The notes under the pieces: generated by a model
Database searches by the model: none
The model's input: only the letters and a program-made list of their open reading frames with translations
What the model was told of the DNA's origin: nothing
NCBI GenBank assembly: GCA_042093175.1
Contig: JBELFC010000003.1
Span: 851 to 64,850 of the forward strand
Length of the DNA stretch: 64,000 bases
Reading direction: 5' to 3'
Source of the DNA: Tenacibaculum sp.
Lineage (GTDB): Bacteria > Bacteroidota > Bacteroidia > Flavobacteriales > Flavobacteriaceae
Translations under genes and position numbers: made by a program
Shown here: piece after piece, positions 28,035 through 37,580 of the stretch
Layout of the letters: every line of letters starts with the position of its first letter
How positions within the stretch are numbered: the stretch's first letter is position 1

Positions 28035-28973
28035 ATGGCAGAAAAAATAAAATGTTTAATCATTGGTTCTGGACCAGCAGGATATACAGCAGCAATTTAT
28101 GCAGCGAGAGCAGATATGAAACCAGTAATGTATACAGGTATGCAAATGGGAGGTCAATTAACTACTACTACTGAAGTTGATAATTTTCCTGGTTATCCTA
28201 ATGGTACTGATGGAACTGCTATGATGGAAGATTTAAAAAGTCAAGCTGAAAGATTTGGAACTGAGGTTCGTTTTGGTATGGTAACAAGTGTAGATTTTTC
28301 TGATAAAGAAGGAGGTATTCATAAAGTTATTGTAGATGAAACTACTGAAATTGAGGCTGAAACTGTAATTATTTCTACTGGAGCTACGGCTAAGTATTTA
28401 GGATTAGAAAGTGAACAACGTTTAATAGGTGGTGGAGTTTCTGCTTGTGCAACTTGTGATGGTTTCTTTTATAAAGGGCAAGATGTTGTTGTAGTTGGTG
28501 CTGGAGATACTGCTGCAGAAGAAGCAACATATTTAGCTAATATTTGTAGTAAAGTAACTGTTTTAGTTCGTAAAGACTATATGAGAGCTTCTAAAGCAAT
28601 GCAACATCGTGTTAATAAAACAGAAAATATAACTGTTTTATATAATACTGAAATTGACGAGGTTTTAGGTGATAATGTTGTTGAAGGTGTAAGAGCTGTA
28701 AATAATCAAACTGGTGATAAAACTGATATTTCTGTTACTGGAGTGTTTATTGCAATTGGTCATAAACCTAATACTGGTATTTTTAAAGGAGTATTAGATA
28801 TGGATGATACAGGATATTTAATTACTAACGGAAAATCAACAAAAACAAATATGCCTGGAGTATTTGCTGCAGGTGATGTTCAAGATAAAGAATACAGACA
28901 AGCTGTAACTGCTGCAGGTACTGGTTGTATGGCTGCTTTAGATGCTGAACGTTATTTAGGTGCTTTAGAATAG
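28035..28973 (+). CDS. trxB: Thioredoxin-disulfide reductase
   Basis: GSGPAGYTAA FAD motif, CATCDG redox centre, and GAGDTAAEEA NADPH motif. Confidence 0.95.
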   Translation: MAEKIKCLIIGSGPAGYTAAIYAARADMKPVMYTGMQMGGQLTTTTEVDNFPGYPNGTDGTAMMEDLKSQAERFGTEVRFGMVTSVDFSDKEGGIHKVIVDETTEIEAETVIISTGATAKYLGLESEQRLIGGGVSACATCDGFFYKGQDVVVVGAGDTAAEEATYLANICSKVTVLVRKDYMRASKAMQHRVNKTENITVLYNTEIDEVLGDNVVEGVRAVNNQTGDKTDISVTGVFIAIGHKPNTGIFKGVLDMDDTGYLITNGKSTKTNMPGVFAAGDVQDKEYRQAVTAAGTGCMAALDAERYLGALE

Positions 28974-29001
28974 TAAAAAGTATATAAGATATTAAGAAGA
29001 G

Positions 29002-29032
29002 AGAGATTGCTGGAAAGCAATCTCTTTTTTTT
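29002..29032 (+). terminator. trxB terminator (copy 1 of the agagattgc/gcaatctct hairpin)
   Basis: 9-bp stem agagattgc/gcaatctct, loop tggaaa, T8 run. Confidence 0.8.
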
Positions 29033-29163
29033 GTTGCATTTTTTAATTAAAAGGTTTTCCTCATCGTGAAATTAGACGAATGCTTAAAAAAAACAATTAA
29101 TTTGTAACGTTTTTAAAAAAACAGAGTTTATCAGTTTGTAAAATCAACTAACACAATTAAAAC

Positions 29164-29715
29164 TTGGAAACATTATCAGATAATTCATTAATGCTGAAGG
29201 TGAAACATGGTGAAAATCAAAAACTAGGATTGTTGTATGAAAGGTATAAAAGACGATTATTTGGTTTTTTTTATCAAATGAACAAGGATGCTAGTTTAAG
29301 TGAAGATTTAGTACAAAATGTATTTATTAGGGTTTTAAAATATAAGCATACCTATACAGAAGAAAGTAAGTTTATTACCTGGGTATTTCAGATAGCAAGA
29401 AATGTAAACTATGATAATTTTAAAAAAATAAAAAAACACCAACATAAAAATATAGAAGAAGTAGATTATACATTAAATGGTTATGATGACATACAGAAAG
29501 ATATTGAAACATCAGAAAATACATTTATTTTAAAAAAAGCAATGCAATTATTATCTAATGAAAAAAGAGAGTTTTTAACTTTAAGTAAGTTTAAAGAATT
29601 GAAATATAAAGAGGTTGGGCAAATAATGGGGTGTACTGAAGGAGCGGCTAGAACAAAAGTTCATAGAGCTTTACAAGAATTAAAAGAAGTTTATTTAACC
29701 TTAGATAAAAGATAA
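29164..29715 (+). CDS. ECF-type RNA polymerase sigma-70 family factor
   Basis: Region 2 (DLVQNVFIRV, FITWVFQIARN) and region 4 HTH (LKYKEVGQIMGCTEGAARTKVHRA). The start is uncertain (TTG at 29164 or a downstream ATG). Confidence 0.85.
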   Translation: METLSDNSLMLKVKHGENQKLGLLYERYKRRLFGFFYQMNKDASLSEDLVQNVFIRVLKYKHTYTEESKFITWVFQIARNVNYDNFKKIKKHQHKNIEEVDYTLNGYDDIQKDIETSENTFILKKAMQLLSNEKREFLTLSKFKELKYKEVGQIMGCTEGAARTKVHRALQELKEVYLTLDKR

Positions 29716-29716
29716 G

Positions 29717-30508
29717 ATGATGGATTATAAAGAATATAAAAATACAATTATAGATTATTTGTCAGAAAATTTATCTGAAGTAAAAAAGCATGAGTTTGAG
29801 AGTTTTCTTAAAGTGAGTCCACAGCATAAAGAAGAATTTGATCAGATGAAGTCATTTTGGAGTATTGAAGAATCTATTCCAGAACCTAGCACAGCAATGG
29901 ATGTGAAATTCTATACAATGTTAAATGCTGAAGAGCAGAAGAAAGAAAGTGTATCACTTTTAAAAAGAATAGAAACTTTTTTATTAGGGAGTGTAACAAA
30001 ACAACTCGCATATACGGTGGTGATTTTAGTTGCAGGTTTTTTTATAGGTAAAGAAATGACTAGTACTTCAGGAGTATCAGAAGAATCAATAAAATATGCG
30101 CAAAAAGAAACAGAAAATGTACGTTCACAATTGGTGTTAGCATTACTAGAGCAACCGTCTGCAAATAAAAGATTACAAGCAGTAAATGAAGCTAATAAGC
30201 TCAATGAGGTAACAGAAACTATAATAAAAGCATTGTTTTCTACACTGAATAATGATACAAATGTAAATGTAAGATTATCAGCTGTTGAAGCATTGGGTAA
30301 TTATACTGATATACCAATAGTAAGAGAAGGATTAATAACATCAATTTCACTTCAAAAAGCACCTTTAGTACAAATAGCTTTAGCAGATTTAATGGTAATT
30401 TTACAAGAGAAAAAAGCTGTAAAATCATTTAAAAAACTGATAGAAAAAGAAGATATAAATGAAAGTGCAAAAGAAAAAATGAAAGAAAGTATTCAACAAA
30501 TTATTTAA
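29717..30508 (+). CDS. Putative anti-sigma factor with C-terminal HEAT/PBS-lyase-like repeats
   Basis: Abuts the sigma gene. It has an N-terminal helical anti-sigma-like segment without a Zn motif, a central TM segment (LAYTVVILVAGFFIG), and NVRLSAVEALG-type HEAT repeats. Confidence 0.6.
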   Translation: MMDYKEYKNTIIDYLSENLSEVKKHEFESFLKVSPQHKEEFDQMKSFWSIEESIPEPSTAMDVKFYTMLNAEEQKKESVSLLKRIETFLLGSVTKQLAYTVVILVAGFFIGKEMTSTSGVSEESIKYAQKETENVRSQLVLALLEQPSANKRLQAVNEANKLNEVTETIIKALFSTLNNDTNVNVRLSAVEALGNYTDIPIVREGLITSISLQKAPLVQIALADLMVILQEKKAVKSFKKLIEKEDINESAKEKMKESIQQII

Positions 30509-30601
30509 TATAAAATATTTATAAGATTGATGTAGATGGCATATCCTAGGCAAGCTTTTTACAGAAATACCCAAAAGTCATTCATCAAAAAACAAATAAA
30601 T

Positions 30602-31516
30602 ATGAAATTTTTAAAACTAATTACAATTACTGTCATTTTGTGTTGCTCAACAGTAATGTTAGGACAAAAACAAAAAAGTAATAAAAAATTAAAAAGTACG
30701 CATACTTTAAAACAAGAATTACAATTTACAAACGCCTCTTTAGAAAATATATTGGTTGTAGATAATGTATACGGATCTATCGATGTAGAAGGATATGATG
30801 GTTCTACAATTCAGGTTGAAGCTACCAGAACAGTTTATGCGGATAATGAAGAGGATTTAAAAAAAGGTGAAAAAGAAATAGGAATTAAATCGTCTAAAAA
30901 AGGAAATGCAATTTATGTGTATTTAGATTCTCCTTATTCTCACTTCGATATTGAAACTGGTAATTTTGAACATAGAGAATTTAATTTTAATAATAGACGA
31001 AGCTACAAGCATAGAACTAAGAGAATGTATAAATACGTGTTAAATTTTAAAATTAAAATACCGAAAAAGGCAAGTGTAGATTTAAAAGCTATTAATAAAG
31101 GAAATATAACTGTAGAAAATGTACATGGAAAATTATTGATTGCGCATAATATTAATGGAGCAATTAGTTTACAAAATGTATCAGGAAAAACCGATGTAAA
31201 TGCCTTGAATAAAAATATAGATATAACCTATGCAGAAAACCCTAAAGAAGAAAGTTGGTATCGTTCTTTAAATGGTGATATTCATATAAAGTTTAAAAAA
31301 GATTTAGGAGCAACAATTAGTTACAAAACGATGAATGGAAAGTTTTATACGAATTTTGATGTTGAAAAAACAGTACCAAAAATTAAGAAAACCAAAGAGA
31401 GTAAAAGAAAAAAAGTAAAATATAAAATAGATTCGAATTCGCATTTTAAAATTGGAAAAGGAAATGTGCATTTACATTTTAATCAGTTAAACGGAGACGC
31501 AATCGTAAAAAAATAA
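30602..31516 (+). CDS. DUF4097-like beta-strand-repeat (putative adhesin) protein
   Basis: The signal peptide follows the internal start MKFLKL. Repeated motifs of the G.I.V.NV.G...V..LN..I type. The family call is tentative. Confidence 0.6.
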   Translation: MKFLKLITITVILCCSTVMLGQKQKSNKKLKSTHTLKQELQFTNASLENILVVDNVYGSIDVEGYDGSTIQVEATRTVYADNEEDLKKGEKEIGIKSSKKGNAIYVYLDSPYSHFDIETGNFEHREFNFNNRRSYKHRTKRMYKYVLNFKIKIPKKASVDLKAINKGNITVENVHGKLLIAHNINGAISLQNVSGKTDVNALNKNIDITYAENPKEESWYRSLNGDIHIKFKKDLGATISYKTMNGKFYTNFDVEKTVPKIKKTKESKRKKVKYKIDSNSHFKIGKGNVHLHFNQLNGDAIVKK

Positions 31517-31520
31517 AAAA

Positions 31521-32345
31521 ATGAACACAAAAAATATAAAATTAGTACTTGTTAGTATGTTGTTTTTATTAACAATGAATATTATAGCTCAAGAAACTGT
31601 TAGAGTTCCCTTAACAAACCCAGGGAAACCAGGAGTTTTAAAAATGGGAATTATTAATGGATCAATTACTGTAAAAGGAACATCTAATAATGAAGTTATT
31701 ATAAAAGGAATTAAAAAGGAAGGAGATATCCGTCATGGATCTAGGTATAAAAAAAAGAGTTCTAAAAAAGGGTTAAAAAGAATATCTAATACTTCTTTAG
31801 AGTTTAGTGCTGAAGAGTTTGATAATATAGTACGAGTAAATAGTTCGCCACAAGGAACAACCGATTTTGAGATTCAGGTACCTAAGAATTTTTCATTAAA
31901 AATATCAACTATAAATAGAGGTTTTATTTTAGTAGAGAATGTAAATGGTTCTATGGATATTAGTAACGTAAATGGAAAAATTACATTAAAAGATGTTAGT
32001 GGTTCTGTAAGCGCAGATGCTTTAAACAAAGACATTGTAGTTAATTTTTTAAAAGTAACTCCAAATACAGCAATGGCGTTTAGTAGTTTAAATGGAGATA
32101 TAGATGTTACTTTTCCTAAAGAAATTAAAGCAGATATAAAAATTAAATCAGATAGAGGAGAAATTTATACTGACTTTGATTTAAAAGCGAAATCATCGAA
32201 AGCTAAAGTTACTAAAGGAAACCATAATCGAAGAAATGCATACCGAGTGAAAGTTGAAAAATGGATTAAAGGATCTATCAATGGTGGAGGACCAGAGTTT
32301 TTATTTAAGAACTTTAATGGAGATGTTATTATTAGAGCTAACTAA
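31521..32345 (+). CDS. DUF4097-like beta-strand-repeat protein (paralog of the preceding gene)
   Basis: Signal peptide and the same repeat style (VENVNGSMDISNVNGKITLKDVSGSVSADALNKDI, SLNGDIDVTFPKE). Confidence 0.6.
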   Translation: MNTKNIKLVLVSMLFLLTMNIIAQETVRVPLTNPGKPGVLKMGIINGSITVKGTSNNEVIIKGIKKEGDIRHGSRYKKKSSKKGLKRISNTSLEFSAEEFDNIVRVNSSPQGTTDFEIQVPKNFSLKISTINRGFILVENVNGSMDISNVNGKITLKDVSGSVSADALNKDIVVNFLKVTPNTAMAFSSLNGDIDVTFPKEIKADIKIKSDRGEIYTDFDLKAKSSKAKVTKGNHNRRNAYRVKVEKWIKGSINGGGPEFLFKNFNGDVIIRAN

Positions 32346-32372
32346 ATTAATAATAAGGTTATATGCAAAAAA

Positions 32373-32402
32373 AGAGATTGCTGTAAAAGCAATCTCTTTT
32401 TT
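32373..32402. terminator. Terminator (copy 2 of the agagattgc/gcaatctct hairpin), bidirectional
   Basis: The 9-bp stem is identical to the one at 29002-29025. Loop tgtaaaa, with an A-run before and a T-run after. Confidence 0.8.
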
Positions 32403-32426
32403 GTTATGTAAAAAGTAAAATCAGAA

Positions 32427-32873
32427 TTAAGCTGTAACTGAAGCTTTCATTGATTTTCTATATAAAAAAGAATTAAAAATATTTCTTTTCCCAAAGTTGT
32501 TTATTGATCTAGCGTTTATGAATTTTCCAAAAAGAACACGGTTAACACCAAAGTATTCGTATGTGTTTCCGTCAGTAAAAGTAACTTCCAAACGCATACT
32601 TTTATGTTGGTAGTCTGCAACTTGGAATTCTGTAATAGTGGTTTTATAAGCTTCTAAATTAGCTTCTTTGGTTTCAGGAGCAATACTTACTAAAAAATGA
32701 TAAGCATCAATTATTTTAGTACTCATTTCTCCAGCCTCTTCTTTTTTATCTTCGTCTTGAAATTTATCAGGGTGCCATTCTTTTACTAACCCTCTGTAGG
32801 TAGTTTTTAATTCTTTCAAATTAATAGCTCCTTCTACTTTAAATAACTTCTTATATTCTTTAATTCGCTTCAT
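32427..32873 (-). CDS. J-domain (DnaJ-like) protein with C-terminal KTSC domain
   Basis: YRGLVKEWHPDKF (HPD motif), then MRLEVTFTDGNTYEYFGV..LFGKF, which is KTSC-like. Confidence 0.75.
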   Translation of the reverse strand: MKRIKEYKKLFKVEGAINLKELKTTYRGLVKEWHPDKFQDEDKKEEAGEMSTKIIDAYHFLVSIAPETKEANLEAYKTTITEFQVADYQHKSMRLEVTFTDGNTYEYFGVNRVLFGKFINARSINNFGKRNIFNSFLYRKSMKASVTA

Positions 32874-32966
32874 GATTGTTCTGTTTTCAGAATTGCGTGC
32901 AAAAGTACTGGTATTAAATAAATTATAGTATATTTTTTTATTGTTTATGCTAAAAAAGTTTAGTTA

Positions 32967-34112
32967 TTAAAAATAAGCAAGTTCTTCTTCTTCTTTTTCA
33001 TGTAATGAAGAAGCTACATCTTTAATAAAATGATCTATTTGATTTTTAGTAACATTGGGCATACAAATTATATGTGTAATATCATCTTCAGTAGCTAATT
33101 GCCATTTTTCCTTGATAGTATTAGACATTTTAGGTAATACAACAGTTATAGCTCCTGGATTTCTCCATGCATTAACACCAATTTTAAGTAATTCTTGATT
33201 ACAATATTTGGCAACTTCTAAACTGTGTTTATATCTAGCTCTCAAGCCATCTATACCAAGTTTATTTATCGCATACCATAAAAATAATGGACTATGTCCG
33301 TTTCTTGAACCTGTTATAGTTGTATCTAAAGAGCCAATGTATGAAATACCTTTTGATACACGATCGCGAAGAGAACGCCTGGTAACAATAACTCCAGCGG
33401 GTATTGGAGAACCTATAAATTTATGTCCGCTGATTGAAATACTATCAGCTCCATCCATAAAATCAAAAGGAATTTTTGGTTCAACAAATGCTCCAAATGA
33501 TCCTGCAAGTGCTCCATCACAATGAATATAATGATCTTGAATAGCTAATTTTTTTAAGATACCCTTTACTTTAGAAACATCATCCTTTGCTTCTTTCATT
33601 GTAGTACCGTAAGTGGTTAAAACAATTGCAGGCTTATGTCTGTTAAATTTTAAAGTTTCTTCTAAATCGTTATAATCTATTTCTCCATTTTCTTGTGAGC
33701 GAATAACAATACTTGGGATATTTAATAAATGGATATTCTTTTTAACGCTATAATGCGTAGATTCTGAGTAATAAACCATCGCTTTTGGGTACATTTCTCT
33801 AGCAATATATAAACCATACAAATTACTTTCCGATCCTCCATTGGTAACATATCCCCAGTAATCTTTTGGATTTGCTCTAAATAATTTTGCGAAAAAATTT
33901 ACAACTTCTCGTTCAATTTCATGAGTTTGTACTTTGTAGGTACTGTCTTCAAATGGATCTCCAAGATTATTAATAGGGTATTTTAAAAACTCGTAAAGTT
34001 CTGAATAATCAAAATCTTTAGATACTGGATAGCCTAAAAAAGTATCTCTAGCTTTAGTAATCTTCTCTAAAAGCTGGTTAAGACGTTCTTGTTGTGTAGT
34101 AGTAGCCTTCAT
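32967..34112 (-). CDS. hdc: PLP-dependent histidine decarboxylase (group II decarboxylase)
   Basis: Collinear by eye with the Gram-negative HDC (Morganella type): WGYVTNGGSE, GEIDYNDL, SISGHKFIGSPIPAGV (PLP lysine), TITGSRNGH and GVNAWRN. Confidence 0.8.
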   Translation of the reverse strand: MKATTTQQERLNQLLEKITKARDTFLGYPVSKDFDYSELYEFLKYPINNLGDPFEDSTYKVQTHEIEREVVNFFAKLFRANPKDYWGYVTNGGSESNLYGLYIAREMYPKAMVYYSESTHYSVKKNIHLLNIPSIVIRSQENGEIDYNDLEETLKFNRHKPAIVLTTYGTTMKEAKDDVSKVKGILKKLAIQDHYIHCDGALAGSFGAFVEPKIPFDFMDGADSISISGHKFIGSPIPAGVIVTRRSLRDRVSKGISYIGSLDTTITGSRNGHSPLFLWYAINKLGIDGLRARYKHSLEVAKYCNQELLKIGVNAWRNPGAITVVLPKMSNTIKEKWQLATEDDITHIICMPNVTKNQIDHFIKDVASSLHEKEEEELAYF

Positions 34113-34279
34113 GATTATTAATTTTATGTGTTTTTGTTTTCATGCAAATCTATAGTTTATTAGAATTTTAATCTAGTTACAATCTTAATTAAGAAAATAA
34201 ATCTTTTATTTTTGTTTTTAAAGATTATTGTTACTTTTGGGGAGGAGGATAATTATTAGATTTAGAAAAGAGTTCTTTT

Positions 34280-34732
34280 ATGGATAGTATAGACAGAGAA
34301 ATACTAATGCATTTGCAAGACAATGCTAAACAGAATACAAAAGAAATAGCCACAAAAATTGGTTTAACGGTAACGCCAACCTATGAAAGAATTAAAAAGT
34401 TAGAGCAAAGTGGTTATGTGAAAAAATATGTTGCTTTATTAGATAGGAATCTTATTGGCAAACAAATAATAGCTTATTGTCAAATAACATTATTCAAACA
34501 CCAAAAAGAGTTAATCGATTCTTTTAAGGAAAATATTTTAAGTCTTCCAGAAGTAATGGAGTGTCATCATGTATCTGGTAATTTTGATTTCTTATTAAAA
34601 GTAGCAGTAAATGATATGAACCAATTTCAAGAATTAATTAACGATAAGCTTTCGGTATTTGAAGGAATTTCAACTATACAAAGCTCATTTGTTATGAATT
34701 CTTTTAAAGACACTACGGTGTTTGATTTATAA
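34280..34732 (+). CDS. Lrp/AsnC-family transcriptional regulator
   Basis: N-terminal HTH (DSIDREILMHLQDNAKQNTKEIA) and a C-terminal RAM/AsnC_trans_reg domain. Divergent from hdc. Confidence 0.9.
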   Translation: MDSIDREILMHLQDNAKQNTKEIATKIGLTVTPTYERIKKLEQSGYVKKYVALLDRNLIGKQIIAYCQITLFKHQKELIDSFKENILSLPEVMECHHVSGNFDFLLKVAVNDMNQFQELINDKLSVFEGISTIQSSFVMNSFKDTTVFDL

Positions 34733-34734
34733 AA

Positions 34735-35583
34735 TTAGTATTTTCTATTTGCTTTTGAGTATTCGTCTAATTTTTCTTTTTCTTTTGCAGTTAGTTTGTC
34801 AATACCTTTTTTATGGATTTTTTCAAGTAAAAGATTAAATTCTTTTTTATTTAGTGCTCTTTCTTCGTTGTATTTCTCATCAATAGTTTGAGGCTTTTTA
34901 TGAGTTTTAAAAGGATTATCAACGAGCAATAAATGAGGTTTTATCAAAATAAAAAAGATAAATATTAATGTTGGTACAAGAGAAAGTAGAATAGGAATGT
35001 AGTTTTGGATTAATGAACTAGGACTAATTATAATTGCTGTAATCATTCCTATTACTGCTCCTCCTAAATGAGCTTCGTGCCCTATATTGTCATTATTAGA
35101 TTTAATGCCATAAATAGTGTAACTAATATATAAAAGACCAAATAACCAACCAGGAATTGATACAGGTAAAAATAAAATCCCCACTCCAATATTTGGAATT
35201 AAAGCTATTGAAGCAAATATAACTCCACAAACAGCTCCAGAAGCACCTACAGCACTATAGTTTCCATGGTTTTTATGAATAAATAAAGCGAATAAATTCC
35301 CTGCAAGTAAGCTAGTAAAGTATATTAAAGCAAAGTAAATAGATCCTAATCGAAGTTCTAAACTCGCTCCAAAAGAATATAAACTAAACATATTAAAAAT
35401 GAGGTGAGTCCAGTTTACATGTAAAAAACCAGAACTTATTAGCCTTTTATAATCTTTGTTGATTAATATTTTGTCAACCTGAAATTTATAGGTATTTAAA
35501 AACTGCCAATTTTCAAAACCTTGATAAGAAACAAAGCCATTAGCAATTAATATAAGTAATCCGACAGTTCCAATATCTGGCAT
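34735..35583 (-). CDS. Rhomboid-family intramembrane serine protease
   Basis: HVNWTHLIFNM, GASGAVCG (catalytic Ser) and HLGGAVIG (catalytic His), with an additional charged C-terminal tail. Confidence 0.85.
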   Translation of the reverse strand: MPDIGTVGLLILIANGFVSYQGFENWQFLNTYKFQVDKILINKDYKRLISSGFLHVNWTHLIFNMFSLYSFGASLELRLGSIYFALIYFTSLLAGNLFALFIHKNHGNYSAVGASGAVCGVIFASIALIPNIGVGILFLPVSIPGWLFGLLYISYTIYGIKSNNDNIGHEAHLGGAVIGMITAIIISPSSLIQNYIPILLSLVPTLIFIFFILIKPHLLLVDNPFKTHKKPQTIDEKYNEERALNKKEFNLLLEKIHKKGIDKLTAKEKEKLDEYSKANRKY

Positions 35584-35663
35584 TAGTTGTATTTGTTTTT
35601 TAGTTATTTTAAATGATTTTATGGGCTATTTAAAACCTATATTCAAAGATAAATATTTATAAG

Positions 35664-35700
35664 AAAAAAGACCGTTAAAAACTAATTTAACGATCTTTTA
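35664..35700. terminator. Probable terminator after the beta-oxidation operon
   Basis: 13-bp stem aaagaccgttaaa/tttaacgatcttt with one mismatch. Confidence 0.5.
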
Positions 35701-35769
35701 AACAAACAACTAAATTCTAAAACCTATGAAAGTTAAAGAAGGTTTTTATGCTCTTTTGAGCAAATATTT

Positions 35770-37566
35770 TTAGAAGCAGTATTTATTTTCTGCTTTTAAT
35801 TTTTCTGCGATTGTATTACGTAATTCAACGATATTAGGGTAGTTAGCATATTTTGTAAAACGCTTTAATCCCATTAACATCATGCGTTGCTCATCACCTT
35901 CAGCAAAAGAAATGATTCCTTCTTTAGCGTTTTTAGTAATAATGTCAACAGCATTGTATAAATACAATTGAGTCATAGCAATTTGTTCTTTTTGAGAAGC
36001 TTCACCAGAACGTTTTACGTTTTTCTCAGTTCTCAAAATAGCAGACTCTGCCATGTATGTTTCAATTAAAATATTTGAAGCAGCTGTTAATAATTGTTGA
36101 TGTTGCTCTAATTCTGGTCCAAATTTTTGGATAGCAGCACCAGCAACCATTAAGAATACTTTCTTTAATTTACCAATAATCTCTTTCTCTTCAGCAAATA
36201 ACTCAGAATAATCAGGTGTATCAAAAGAAGGAATACCTAATAATTCTTCACCAACAGCCATAGCAGGGTTTAATAAATCTACATGACCTTTCATTGCTTT
36301 TTTAACTAACATCCCAACAGAAAGTAATCTGTTAATTTCATTAGTTCCTTCATAAATACGAGCAATACGAGCATCTCTCCAAGCAGACTCCATTGGAGTT
36401 TCTTCTGAGAATCCCATACCTCCAAAAATTTGAATTCCTTCATCAGCACAATTTTGTACGTCTTCAGAAACAGCAACTTTTAAAATAGAACATTCTATAG
36501 CATACTCTTCAACACCTTTTAATTCAGCTTCTTGATGAGTATTTCCTTCTGATTCACGAATAGTAATTCTATCTTCAATGTTTTTAGCGGCTCTGTATGA
36601 TGCAGATTCACCAACATATGCATTAGTAGCCATTTCTGCTAACTTAGATTTGATAGCTCCAAACTCAGAAATAGGAGTTTTAAATTGCTTACGTTCGTTA
36701 GCGTATTTTACACCTTCAGTAATTATTCTACGTTGAGAATCTAAACAAGCAGCAGCTAATTTAATTCTACCTACATTTAACGCATTCATGGCAATTTTAA
36801 ATCCACCACCACGAACAGATAACATGTTTTCAACAGGTACTAAAGTATCATTAAAAAACACTTGACGCGTTGAAGAAGCACGAATACCTAATTTATGTTC
36901 TTCTTCACCTAATGTAACACCATTAGGATTGTTTTTATCATATTCTAATATAAAACCAGTAATGTTTTTATCATCACCAATACGCGCAAAAACGATAAAG
37001 ATTTCAGCAAAACCTGCATTTGAAATCCACATTTTTTGACCGTTAATTTTATAGTTTTTACCATCTTCTGTTAATTCAGCAGTGGTTTTTCCAGAGTTTG
37101 CATCTGATCCAGCACCAGGCTCCGTTAAACAGTAAGCGCCAAAACGCTCACCCATTGCTAAAGCAGGAACAAATTTTTGTTTTTGTTCTTCAGTACCGTA
37201 AAGGGTAATAGGCATAGTACCAATACCAGTATGTGCACCAAAAGCAGTACTAAAAGATCCAGTTCCACTAGAAATATAGTCACAAGTAAGCATTGTAGAA
37301 ACAAAGCCCATTCCTAATCCTCCATAAGCTTCAGGAACAGATACTCCTAAGAAACCTAATTCACCAGCTTTACGCATAGTTTCTTCAGTTAAAGCATAAT
37401 CTTTAGCCTCGAAACGAGTTTTATGTGGAATGATTTCACGATCGTTAAATTCCATAACGGCCTCTTTCATCATTCTCTGCTCCTCAGAAAAATCTTCAGG
37501 AGTAAATATATCTTCGCAATTAGTTTCTTTTACTAGGAATTGCCCACCTCTTAATAAATCTGACAT
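35770..37566 (-). CDS. fadE: Acyl-CoA dehydrogenase (long FadE type)
   Basis: ACAD N, middle and C domains (CLTEPGAGSD, ARIYEGTNEI) plus a C-terminal extension. Last gene of the operon. Confidence 0.9.
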   Translation of the reverse strand: MSDLLRGGQFLVKETNCEDIFTPEDFSEEQRMMKEAVMEFNDREIIPHKTRFEAKDYALTEETMRKAGELGFLGVSVPEAYGGLGMGFVSTMLTCDYISSGTGSFSTAFGAHTGIGTMPITLYGTEEQKQKFVPALAMGERFGAYCLTEPGAGSDANSGKTTAELTEDGKNYKINGQKMWISNAGFAEIFIVFARIGDDKNITGFILEYDKNNPNGVTLGEEEHKLGIRASSTRQVFFNDTLVPVENMLSVRGGGFKIAMNALNVGRIKLAAACLDSQRRIITEGVKYANERKQFKTPISEFGAIKSKLAEMATNAYVGESASYRAAKNIEDRITIRESEGNTHQEAELKGVEEYAIECSILKVAVSEDVQNCADEGIQIFGGMGFSEETPMESAWRDARIARIYEGTNEINRLLSVGMLVKKAMKGHVDLLNPAMAVGEELLGIPSFDTPDYSELFAEEKEIIGKLKKVFLMVAGAAIQKFGPELEQHQQLLTAASNILIETYMAESAILRTEKNVKRSGEASQKEQIAMTQLYLYNAVDIITKNAKEGIISFAEGDEQRMMLMGLKRFTKYANYPNIVELRNTIAEKLKAENKYCF

Positions 37567-37580
37567 TTTGTTTTGTTTTT

